64,000 nt of DNA from Octopus vulgaris (lineage: Eukaryota): contig OX597817.1 in assembly GCA_951406725.2 (NCBI GenBank), positions 38,316,001 through 38,380,000 of the forward strand, read 5' to 3'. A program made the position numbers and the translations under genes. Of this stretch, positions 12,307 to 24,460 are shown piece after piece. The notes under the pieces are model-generated. The model worked only from the letters and a program-made list of their open reading frames with translations, ran no database searches and was not told the DNA's origin. Numbering within the stretch: the stretch's first letter is position 1; each line of letters starts with the position of its first letter.

Positions 12307-13419
12307 TGCACGCACACATGATGGCGTGCGTGGCGTGTGTGTGTGTAGGTGTGTGGATTAGTTAGAGGAGAAAGCATAACTTTTATGTCCTTTGTCAGGG
12401 TCCTCGGGACAATTACTCCCTACCAACATCTATTTAATGTTAAAGATTTATGTTCTTAAATATGTTTATTTTTCACGCCTACAATATCGTGTATCTACTT
12501 AGTAACTCTTGAAGGTGTGTGGTGTAGTGGTTTGTTTGGGTGTTTGGGTCACGATCATGTTTCGCAGGTTCGATTCTCGGACTGTGTGGTGCGTTGTATC
12601 CTTCGGTAGGGTCAGCTTTTCACCTTGCTTCATTCCACGCAATTGAAAATGATTACCAGTGAAAGCTACAGCTACTGCTGTTGCTGCTAATGTTAACGAT
12701 GCAATGAAATGGTGTCCAATCCAGAACCAGAATGAGCTTCAATCTGTTGGGCCCGGGACAAACTTTAATTTTAAATAAAATTAGCGAATTTCTCACCCAC
12801 TACTTCACTACAAGTACACTGAAGTCAATGTTTCAATGGGAATATTTAAGACTGCCGTATACCTGGTGTTATCTTCCCTTCTTGCTGAAACAAAATATTT
12901 TAGCCCTTGACGTGACCGTTGTGTTTTCGTCAACGCATAATTATTCTCATTTATATTTTCAATGCTCCATATATAATATGTACTAACTTAGCTATTACTT
13001 TTCATGCAGCTGGTGTTCCTCGGTGGTTAATCGCAATGATTTATTTATTTATTTTTCGAAAATACTGAACAGGAAATCGAGTTATAAAACAACTGTGAAA
13101 CGGGATGTGCTCCTACATGCTACCAAAAGGCTCAGGAGACGTCTTCTTAGGGGGAGCCTAAAAAGATCAAGATTGGAAAGAAATAAAATGGGTTAAAGGA
13201 CAAGGAGAAAAGCATAAGCGTTAATAGTTTACAGGTTTCTTTAAACTCAGTTAAATAGGATGTGGAGTTGATGTATTTGTGACGGATGTTTGCAAAGTTA
13301 GGGTACAATTGACACGGATATAAATGTTGTCTCTCTCTCGCATACACAACCATTTTCTCTAACGTTGTCTACTTCTGTGACTCTCACATTCCCCCACCCT
13401 CTTGTCTCTCTCTCTCTCT

Positions 13420-13472
<53 letters not shown>

Positions 13473-13732
13473 CTTATCTATGTATTTATCTAACTCTCCT
13501 CCTCTTCCTTCTTCCAGATATATTTCAGAGCAAAGCTGTCTAGTATTGAATTAACAAATTAACCTGAATATTTCAAGTCATAAACAAACAAAACTTTATA
13601 TAGATGTGTGAGTGGATGTGTACGCGTATACACACACACACGCACACACACATGAGTGCGTCTGTGTATACATACATACATACATACATACATACATACA
13701 TACATACATACATACATACATACATACACATG

Positions 13733-14093
13733 TGTGGAGGCGCAATGGCCCAGAGGTTAGGGCAGCGGACTCGCGGTCCTAGGATCGCAGTTTCGATTCC
13801 AAGACTGGGCGTTGTGAGTGTTTATTGAGTGAAAACACCTAAAGCTCCATGAGACTCCGGCAGGGGGTGGTGGCGAACCCTGCTGTACCCTTTCACCACA
13901 ACTTTTTTTCACTGTCTCTGTTGTACCTGTATTTCAAAGGGCCAGCCTTGTCACACTGAATCTCCCCGAGAGCTACGTTAAGGGTACACGTCTCTGTGGA
14001 GTTCTCAGCCACTCGCACGTTAATTTCACGAGCAGGCTGTTCTGTTGATCAGATCAGCTGGAACCCTCGTCATCGTAACCGACAGAGTGCCAC
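13733..14093 (+). mobile_element. tRNA-derived SINE (tRNA-Arg-like head)
   Basis: A-box tggcccagagg, ctcgcgg anticodon-like arm, B-box gtttcgattcc. Related head at 21662. Confidence 0.75.
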
Positions 14094-14110
14094 GTATATA
14101 TATAGTAAAT

Positions 14111-14155
<45 letters not shown>

Positions 14156-14239
14156 TCACATTAATTCAAATATATATTCTTTTACTTTTTTCAGTCATTT
14201 GACTACGGCCATACTGAAGCACCGCTTTAAAGGATTTTT

Positions 14240-14557
14240 GGATCTTTTCCTTTTGATGGACGGAATTTTCAAGTTAACTAAAAAATTTGAAACTTCGTAT
14301 ACTGGTAGAATGTGTCAAAAGAAAACATTATTGTAAACAAAATTGAAAACAAAATTGTAATTTGTAAGTTTAACGTAGTTTAATTCTTGGAATTTTAACC
14401 AATAAAATCCCAGCATCTTCGAATTTTAACCAATGAAATCCGAGCATTTGAGCTCAAATCATTTGCTGCATTATCGATATTGATAAAGAAACATAGCAGA
14501 CGCATGCCGCATACACACACACACACACACATATTCAGATACATACACACGTACACT

Positions 14558-14590
<33 letters not shown>

Positions 14591-14611
14591 TCAGATACAT
14601 ACACACGTACA

Positions 14612-14655
<44 letters not shown>

Positions 14656-15449
14656 CTCTCTCTCTCTCTCTCTCAAACACATGCATATACATTTGCACAA
14701 GCACATAGTAATTAATATATAAGCGTACACACACATACAAACGGACATATACATACATACACATACGCACACAAGCATACATACACGTTCGTGAGTTGCC
14801 CCTTGCCGCAACAAATTTACACAAAAGGTAAATAAACCAGAAGGGGGGTGTCAATGTTTCATGGTTTCGGGGTCGATAAATTAAGTACCAATTACGCACT
14901 GGTGTCGAGGATTTTTTCCCCAATTTATATCACAGCTTCCGACAAGCTGGGGCATCCTTTTCTGAAAAAATATTTCGCAAATTTTTACAATACGACTCAC
15001 ACTCCACGCGCAAACTCTAGACCGCTTTAGGCATATTATTGTTTTGTTTTTGTTATTTCTGGCCCTTCAAAACCATGGGAGAAGCCTTTTCGGTAAAAAA
15101 AACCCCCAGAAAATATTCAAAAAATATCGTTAATATTTTTATTGGGCGACGAAATTCATCGATTTAAGAGATATAGCTGTTATTTCTAGCACATGCAGAA
15201 GACAGAAGACAGAAAGGATGAATAAGACGTGTGCGTGTGAGTTTTTAGACGCAGCAGATGATTTGAGCTCAAATGCTGCGATTTCATTGGTTAAAATTCG
15301 TAGAATTAAACTACGTTAAACTTACAAATTACAATTTTGTTTTCAATTTTGTTTACAATAATGTTTTCTTTTGACACACTCTACAAGTATACGAAGTTTC
15401 AAATTATTTAGTTAAGTAGAAAATTCCGTCCATCAAAAGGAAAAGATCC
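14240..15449. mobile_element. Non-autonomous DNA transposon with ~200-230-bp TIRs and 8-bp TSD (MULE/foldback-like), inserted into a family B SINE
   Basis: GGATCTTTTCCTTTTGATGGACGGAATTTTC at 14240 and its reverse complement ending at 15449. GGATTTTT at 14232-14239 and 15450-15457. The SINE sequence resumes on both sides. Confidence 0.85.
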
Positions 15450-15712
15450 GGATTTTTAGTCGAAGAAATCGGTCCCAGGATTAACTCTTTGTAAGCCTAG
15501 TACTTATTCTAGCGATCTCTTTGTCGAACCGCTAAGTTACGGGGATGTAAACATATCAATATTGGCTGTCAAGCGATGGTGGAGAGACAAACACAGACGC
15601 AAAGACATAAATATAAATATACGACGGGCTTCTTTCAGTTTCCGTCTAACAAATCCACTCACAAGGCGTGTCTTTGGGAAGCAAGCTTCTAACCACACTG
15701 CCACGCCTGCGC

Positions 15713-16219
15713 CTATATATATTAAACTAAACTTTCAAACTCATACACAAATTCAAACACATTCATAAATTTAGGGGTTTAGGGTTAGGGTTAGGGTTAA
15801 GGTTTTATAGTTAGAATTAGGGTTAGGGTTGGGGTTTTAGGGTTAGAGTTATGGAAAAAAATGAAAAAGCTGAAGTTGTGTATGGCAGGTTTGGTAGCCT
15901 TCAACTAACACTATCTCCTCCGAGACCCTGCGGTGCAAGTTGACCAAAATTGAGAGTATGATAGAAGAAAGCTTCTAATTCAAATCGGACCATGTTAACA
16001 CTAAAAATTATTTACACCAAAAAGGTGCTTTTTTTCTATGAAAATACCTATTTTTTTACGATTTTTTGACTGCTGCGTCGCCATTTTCGGTGTATTTCAA
16101 CCAGAAAACTGTTCACTTAAAGAGAATATCAAGCTACATAATGCGAAATTTTTACTTTTCAAAAATTCCAATTCTAAAGTGTCGAAACAAACCCGAACAA
16201 CGCCGGGCGATACTGCTAG
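15713..16219 (+). mobile_element. Non-autonomous Helitron-like element containing degenerate TTAGGG repeats
   Basis: 3' hairpin cccgaacaacgccggg ends ~8 nt before CTAG|T (16216-16220). Degenerate (TTAGGG)n at 15771-15850. The 5' boundary is approximate. Confidence 0.65.
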
Positions 16220-16229
16220 TATATATATA

Positions 16230-17034
16230 TAATTATTTTTACTGTTTACCTATATAATCGGCGGCTACGTATCCACAATTGTCCTTATACGATAAGTATA
16301 TTTTTTTCTCAAGCATTGATACGACTCTTAATCTTTCTTTCTCTCTCTCTCTCCTCCCTTATTCCCCCTCCTTTCTTTCCCTCTCCATCCGTTCCCCCCC
16401 CTTCTACGTTTCTCTATCTCTCTCACCTCCAGCCCCCTCGATCTGTCTCTTTCTTCTCCTCCCTCGTCCACCTTCTCTCTCTTTTCATCTGTCCCTTTCT
16501 CTTGTCTTTTGTTCTCACGTGACCGCTGACCGCTGTTGAGCGCTCTTTTCGTTCCAGCAGCCGTTGAAGCAACACGTACTTGTTCGTCTCCCTGTGGCCA
16601 TTAGGCACAACTTCATAAGCCAGCCCCATGCTCAATTCGTCCTGTCGAAAGACCCTTGTCCTACGTCCTGGTTTTGTTTTGTTGTTTATTTTTTATACTT
16701 TATTTTTACCGTTATTGTTTTTACGTTTTTGTATTCTTATTGTTGTCACGTATTCTGTATTTTTGTTCGTGTACTTCGTTCGTTTTCCGTCCTCGTGTTG
16801 TATACATTCGAAGCTTTCTTCCAGGGGATCTAATGCACTTGGCTTAGATTTCCCGTGGCGGGCTGCCCATATCGGAGCAATCTCAAGATTAATCAGCCGA
16901 AATTGCTAAGATGATCTGGTTCTTGACTGATGACTGAGGGCTTCGAATGTCCCGTCCTGTGGTTCTTGTGTCGTCTCTGTGGCGTTTCATGTTCTTGTCC
17001 ATGTCTGTAATTATTTTTACTGTTTACCTATATA
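16230..17034. mobile_element. 778-bp non-coding element with a 27-bp terminal direct repeat, in (TA)n
   Basis: taattatttttactgtttacctatata at 16230-16256 and 17008-17034. Confidence 0.6.
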
Positions 17035-18989
17035 TATATATATATATATAATTAGGTTGGGCGGTGCAAACAGGAAAAATAGAAATGAAAAACATACCCT
17101 TTTATTAATACTGATTCATGGCGAGTTGGGGCTCTCTGTAATTGTAACGCGTGCTGAGAAAGGTTAGGCTATTATGCTAATCCAGAAACCGGTCCACGTG
17201 AGTCCAAATACTTGAATGTATGCTGAAAGATTGTCTTAGCCCGTTTGCCTTTCGACGGTTAATTTCTGTAGTTATCATCAGTGTATTTTGGCAATTTAAA
17301 TAAGAGTTTTGACTGTTATTTCCAGCAGGTAGACATACTTAGTATGCCCTTTAATTAATTTTAACTCTTTTATTAATATTTATCAGAAGCAATAGTAAGG
17401 CAACATCCGAAAGTTTCGTGTGTTAACACTTATCAAATTATATATATATATATAGTTTGGTAAGAGCCATGTATATATACACACACATGTAAACAATGAG
17501 CGCACGTGTGTTTGTGTGTGTGTGTGTGTGTGCGTGTATGTGTACGCGTGCGCGCGCCTGTTTGCATATATTTATTTATTAAAGTGACAAAATTGTCGTT
17601 ACTGATGGAATGCTTTTTGAGAATCGGATCGAATTCACACCACTACACAGTTCCCTCTCCCCTGAGGACCAGATGTCATGTGCGTCTTCTAATCGGTCAC
17701 AATCGAGAACCCAGTGAACTTCCTGTATCTTGCAAGACATCTCTTTGAACTTTGCCAAAATTCCACCTCTTAATCACCATCAAGTTTTCTGGGTATTTCT
17801 TTTTCTTTTTTTATTTTAATCTTTTTCATATATTTTTTGCTAATTTTTAGCCGGAAATTGTCAATGAGTATTTTAGAATACTCTTTGATTTCGCACTAGA
17901 ATGACAGACTTCCGTCCGGTGTAGAACGACCCGACATCAATTTGAAGAATTCGAAAGTGGAATTTGGAAATAGAGGCTAAATGCTTTATTCGAGAGAAGC
18001 CTAGTTAAAAAAAGAAAGTAATCTTGCACAATATTCTTCCTTTCGGTATTTTATTATAATGTGGCCATATTTTAGTGATGGACTGGCAAGATCGTTAGTG
18101 TGTTGGAGAAAGTGCCTTGGGTGTTTCGTTAGTTTTTAAGTTCTGTGTTCACATCTAGCCCAGATCATCTTTGTCTTTCATCCTTTTGAAGTTGATAAAA
18201 TAAAGTATCAGTTAAACACATAAAGCAATTTAATCGGTTCATCCTTTCCTACAAACTAGCTTTGCATCTATGTTAGAAGTGTTTATATCATGGCCCTATT
18301 GAAAACATTTTATAAGCATGTGTACATGAGAAATTTATGAGCACATATTATGAGAAATATATGTTCACACATTAACACGATTACCCCTCCCTAAATAAAT
18401 ATACATATACACATAAATATACATACACACATGCATCGAAGAACTCAGACACATAAGCACATTCTCACACACGTGCGTGCATGTGTATGTGCATTGGCTA
18501 TGTCAATGCATAGATTAGCACATCATCGCGACTAGATTCATATCTGAGAAATAAATCTGATATGGTTAAAAGATTCTTCGAAGAGAATCTGGACGTATAT
18601 AACTTACTGGACATTATATACGTCTATATTCTCTTTATTGAAACTTTTGGTTGTATATCTCCTAGAGAATGTCTTAGTAGTAACTTAGATGTGCGACTAA
18701 TAGTAGCGATGTGTTAATCTATACATTGATTATATTGATATATTTAGAGCTGTATTGAATACGCCTTTTTTATTCATTCAGGTAAAACCCCTGTACGTTA
18801 CAATACAATATTCCCATCCTACATCGTGCAGCAACATATGGGATTGTCATATCAGATTTTATATCATATGATTGATGGCATGTCACAGTATAGTAGTTAT
18901 AACTATGGATCTGTACGATTTAATACACTCCACAGCTAGTTAATAAGAAAATTAACCAAAATTACAAAAACTATAGCATAAATACTAAC

Positions 18990-19760
18990 AATGTTATAAA
19001 CGTAGAGATCAAAAAGATAGGTGATAAAATGAAATTAGATAACAGGTTATAATGTCTAACTAAAAGCGAAACCAATGTTATAATGAAAGTCAACATAAAG
19101 AATATTGCCTTTAATCTTAAATATAGAATAATTATTATTGATAAATAGAGATAGAATTAATTAGCAAGAATATATTCAGTAATATAACTAATAATATTAG
19201 GAAGACAACCAGATGGTGATTGGAAATCCTGTATAAGTGGAATAATGATCGTGCAAACAAACTCGATTCTAAGTCCATTCAATTTAGTATTAAAGGATTT
19301 CATCCTTCTAATTTTCAATCCCTACTCATTTGTCCCTTAGACTTCGTAAAAGTAAATAACGAGAAATAATATTAGATATATCATTATGAACAGTAGAAAG
19401 AATTTGCTCTACAGCGGAACAGAAAAATCAAGAGCTATATGTTCTTTCTCTTCCAGTATGGGATTGTTCTATAGTTCAGAGATATGCGATCTTGTTTGCC
19501 GATAGTAGGCACGCTAAGTAATACACATAACACATCAGATATTCGATTATATAGAAATGCTGAGCTGCACTAAATATCATTAGGTAAGATCTTATTTACA
19601 CGTTTAAAAATTTCAGCCTATTAAAAACCAGTTGTGGAGCGTGATTATAAATTTCTTCTTAAAATTTAATCACAAATATATACAAATCTAACATACCTTA
19701 ATAGAGACTCATGTCACCTACCCCAAATCTTAAAAACTTGTAGGAAGATAATAACTACAA
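18990..19760 (+). pseudogene. Highly decayed Penelope-like (PLE) reverse transcriptase
   Basis: Remnant motifs in the expected order: IQFSIKGFHPS (~19278; cf. QFDIxDFYPS), MGLFYSSEICDLV (~19458; cf. MGSFDGAEVCELV), HLPQILKN (~19714; cf. HPPxIIKN). Many stops and frameshifts. Confidence 0.55.
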
Positions 19761-20319
19761 AATATATGAAGGCGAAATTTCTGGTCAGAAACAGTCACAT
19801 AAATAGTTTAGTGAAATTGAAGGAAGACGTTGAAACTTCCCCTCTGCGAGTAAATTTTTTTTCAACAGCAAAGGGAGCTATTTTTTCAGAGAGATAAACT
19901 AACAAAAGCCCCTTTATTATGTCTTCCCACATAGGCTGTGCATAAATTAACAGCAAATACTGCATAAAGTTAAATTGATATGGAGCTTTCTGAAAGACAC
20001 ATATAGCTTTCGCTAGTGGAAGGTTGATTCTTTGAGACGAATCATGTGTGAGTGTTTAAAAAAGGCTAGAATGACAATGCTACAACGTATTTGAAACAAT
20101 GGACAACAGTTGAAATATCATAATGGATGGGTAAATAAGCGTCCTTAAAGTGAAACAACGCATTGGTAGGTAAACAAAAGAATCAACAAATAAGAGAGAG
20201 TGAAGGAAACATCACCTTTCAAGTAACTCAGAATAGGTAAAGGTAAGCTTGCCAAACTTTAATGCAGCTTAAAAATGAAGATTAAGATTGTTTGATTTTG
20301 GATATTCATCGCGTACATT

Positions 20320-20665
20320 GTTTCTAGCCAGTTTAATCACTGTAACAGGTGGACGGTCGAAATAGACAAAAGTCCTTTCACTTTTATAAAAAGATAAAAA
20401 AAGTATGGAAGAACCTACATGCAAAAAACTATGTCCATTTAGGTCCATTTACGCGGGAGCTCTGAGCAAAATGTTTATTGCATGACCATCCTTGGGACAT
20501 AAGTAATGTGTGTGTATAGTTTTGTGAAAATCAGTTGAGAATTGTGGAAAATGTTTGCATTCAGCTTTTCTAGTCAATTTAATCACCGTCGCTGGTGAAC
20601 AGTGGAAATAAATAAATAAATAGACAAAATCCTTTCACTTTTATTAAGAGATTAAAAAAGTATGA
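20320..20665. repeat. Diverged direct repeat pair, ~245-bp period
   Basis: tttctag.ca.tttaatcac...aaatagacaaaa.tcctttcacttttat..a.agat.aaaaaagtatg occurs twice. Confidence 0.6.
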
Positions 20666-21108
20666 AAAACCCAACAGATTATAAAATAGCTGATTAATGC
20701 AAATGAATAGGAATCATCTATTGTTGGTTTCCCATCGCTCTAGAGGCCCCAATATCGATTTTTAAAAATTTAAGTGGCCTATGTTCGGGTCTGGAATATG
20801 AAACAATTGTATATAATTTTTTTTTTAAAGATGTAGAAGTTATTGAGGTACGTTAAATTTTTGTATACACACACACAGGTAATACCCAGTAGTATATATA
20901 TACTCTTTTACTCTTTTATTTGTTTCAGTCATTTGACTGCGACCATGCTGGAGAACCGCTTTTAGTCGAGCAACTTATTCTTTGGAAGCCTGTTACTTAT
21001 TCTATCGGTCTCTTTTGCCGAACCGCTAAGCTATGGGTACGTAAACACACCAGCATTGGTTATCAAGCGATGTTGGGGTGACAAACACAGACACACAAAC
21101 ATATACAC

Positions 21109-21197
<89 letters not shown>

Positions 21198-21661
21198 CGA
21201 CGGGCTTCTTTCCGTTTCCGTCTATCAAATCCACTCACAAGGCTTTGGTCGGCCCGAGGCTATAGTAGAAGACACTTGCCCAAGGTGCCTCGCAGTGGGA
21301 CTGAACCCGGAACCGTGTGGTTCGTATGCAAGCTACTTATCACATGAGAGAGAGAGAGAGGTTATAAAAGGTGATGGTTTCAATAAGACCCGTAGGTGTC
21401 AGATAATGCTGAGTAAGTGCTATGGACAGACTATACTTAAGTTCCAGGTTCGGTGATTATGCGAATGAGGAGTCCAACGTAGGTCATATATCAGCATGTG
21501 TGTGTATATATATAAATTTCAGAATGAGATAAAAATCCAAGGCTGTGAAAGATTTTAGAACATTTATGAATAGTAGGTCTTACAGCTGTTTGTTTTCGTT
21601 CGGTTTCCTTGTATGTCTCCACTGTCCTGTTTGTATCCCCAATTTGGACTCTCCATAAATC

Positions 21662-21968
21662 GTGGAGGCACATGGCCTAGTGGTTAGAGCAGCGGACTCA
21701 CGGTCTGGGGATCACGGGTTCGAATCTCAGACCGGGCGGTGTGTGTGTTTATGAGCGAAACACCTAAGCTCCACGCGGCTCCTGCAGAAGGTAATGTCGA
21801 ACTTCTGCTGACTCTTTCGCCACAATTTTCTCTCACTCTTTCCTCCTGCATCTTGCAGCTCACCTGCGACGGACTGGCGTCCCGTCCAGGTGAGGAACCT
21901 ATACGCCAAGAAACCGGGAAACCGGCCCTTATGAGCCAGGTATGGCTCGAGAAGGAACAAACAAACAA
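21662..21968 (+). mobile_element. tRNA-derived SINE with (CAAA)n tail
   Basis: A-box tggcctagtgg, B-box ggttcgaatct, ends gagaaggaacaaacaaacaac. Confidence 0.75.
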
Positions 21969-22203
21969 CCCTCCATAAATCCCAAATTTTATTTTGGGAT
22001 TTATGGGAGCAACTGCCTTCGAAGACCCATATTGTCGTTCAATGCTCGAAATAGGAGTAGATGGCCAGTCGACAGCTGATGAAGGGTCGCTCTTTATGTT
22101 ACTTGTCCTGTTTTCCATTTGTTTCTCTCGTTGTTTGCGTATTGAACTCATTTGTGTTCGTATTTCATGTGGTTTACTGTTGGTGACGTCGTGTAGTCAT
22201 ATA

Positions 22204-22235
<32 letters not shown>

Positions 22236-22238
<3 letters not shown>

Positions 22239-22453
22239 AGAGATTATGAAAAAAAACAAAACAAAAGACGAAGACAGGTGGTGTACAAAACAAACAGATG
22301 TATAAGTATAACGCTCAGGAATAGAAAAAGTCTTTTACGTTTCGAGCCTACGCTCTTCTACAGAAAGGGACACAGAAAAAACAAGGAGAGAAAAAATGTG
22401 TGTAGTGGCTAACGATCTATTATGGCGGCTAGTGCCGGACGGAAGGGTCAAGC
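22236..22453 (-). mobile_element. Short pLTR-like element in (TA)n with a degenerate HHR-like motif at 22332-22367
   Basis: Minus strand: cuuu CUGUAGAA gagc guag gcuc GAA ACGU A aaag. Confidence 0.5.
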
Positions 22454-22558
22454 ACATATATATAATATAATATAATATAATATAATATAATATAATATAT
22501 ATATATATAATAATATTATATATATATGTGTGTGTGTGTATGTATGTATGTGTATATA

Positions 22559-22920
22559 ATATATAAATTAGAGAAAAACCACTATTATGCAATTCAAACA
22601 ATGATAGACATAAACCAAATCATAAATTAAAAATTAAATACATTTTTTAAAAACATATAACTAAATCACAAAATGTACATAAATAAATAATCAATATATA
22701 ATAAGTAAAAAAAAACACTACGTTTCATGGATATAATTAAATTCCAATTACAATTAAATTTTAATTTAATCGAAAATCAATTCAATTTAAAATTATAGTC
22801 ACTCTTCAGGTTAATTGCATAATAGTGGTTTTTCTCTAATTTATATATTGTGAAATTTGATTTAATACTAAATAGAATTTTTCCCTGTAAGCTTGGAGTT
22901 TTACTCCCTATTATTATCTC
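22559..22920 (-). mobile_element. AT-rich fold-back pLTR-like element with an HHR core split by a 76-nt stem II (22716-22812)
   Basis: Inverted repeat 22559-22594 / 22813-22848. Minus strand CUGAAGA gug..uauaau...auuaua..cau GAA ACGU A. Confidence 0.55.
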
Positions 22921-23105
<185 letters not shown>

Positions 23106-23386
23106 AGCGCGTGTTTATGTATATGTATATGCGGATCTGTATGTGCGCGTAAAACTGAATGCACATGTATGTTTAAGTATGTGCATAAGTGAAAGAGATA
23201 GAAGAGATATCCAATAACTATCGAAAAAAAAAATACAGAGTAAAAGTATTAAACAGTGTAACTGAAACAAAAGCACATAACATTAGAGTGTGAGAAAGAT
23301 AAACACTGACCCTGCGAAAGAGAGACAAGCAGATAATTGCTCACAGGGAATGAACATATGTGAGGAGAATGAGTGAGCGAGTGAGT

Positions 23387-23424
<38 letters not shown>

Positions 23425-24416
23425 TGAGGGAGAAATAGAGAGAAAGAATTAGAGAGAAAAATAGAGACCGACAGACAGAGAAACAGACAGATGGAAGCAG
23501 CAACTTTCCATTGTTGCTTTGAACTGACAGGCACAATAAATAAAGAACAGGGTAGGGAGGATGAACATCTGTGATTATCGTCTTGAAAGCAATTCAGCTT
23601 AAGGATCGGATAGTATTCCATCCGTCCCTTTAAAACCTTATAAGAATGTTCGAACAAAATCCTTTTAAATATTTTTTTTCAATATTTCTTGTTGATAAAA
23701 ATTTTCCAATACAGCTAATGAGCATGTCGTCACGCCAATCCACAAACAAGGAAGTAAGTCAGCGACATCATAACAGTATCATAGTCCTCCGACTAAAGCA
23801 CTGCACTGGCGCTACTACACACCCAATAACAGCATTGGGTTTCGCACTGTAGTCATTTTCGGTCCTAGTATCTTATTAGAGTAAGGATTATTCAATAGGA
23901 ACTAAGATATTACCACAGATTGTTCATATAAACTACAACACTGGCCGACCAACAAATATGCAAATCATTACACACAAAATGGCGGCACCAGTTAAACATG
24001 AAAACGGAACACTATCTGTGGATAATTTTAGCAATAAATCGTCGAAATACATAGAAAGATATACATTGCGGTTGTATTGCTTTCTATTAACAACCAGCGT
24101 ATAAGAAAAAATAGATGCCAACTTTCTGGAAATTCTCCACAAAAAGTTAATTAACTTGACAGGGCATACAGACTTTGTTTCAATACTCACTTGCGCACGC
24201 ATAATCCTTCATACATGATTACATCTACTTGACTCAAAGGTAATGCGAAAGAGGGTTAATATATGTAGATATAATAGTATTTGTCTGTGTGTTAGTACGC
24301 ATATATATGTTTATACTGAATCTGAAGTAAGCTGATATATTTAGCCCAGTTTTAACTTGACAACAGAAGGCTTACTGGTAATTGGGTCAATATGTGTGTG
24401 TGTGTATGTGTGTGTG

Positions 24417-24460
<44 letters not shown>

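Noticed and set aside
13733-13810. tRNA gene (also at 21662-21740)
   Set aside because: The acceptor stem does not pair, and the sequence continues into a SINE body. These are SINE heads.
15771-15850. True telomere or chromosome fusion site
   Set aside because: Short, degenerate, single orientation and internal to a repeat element.
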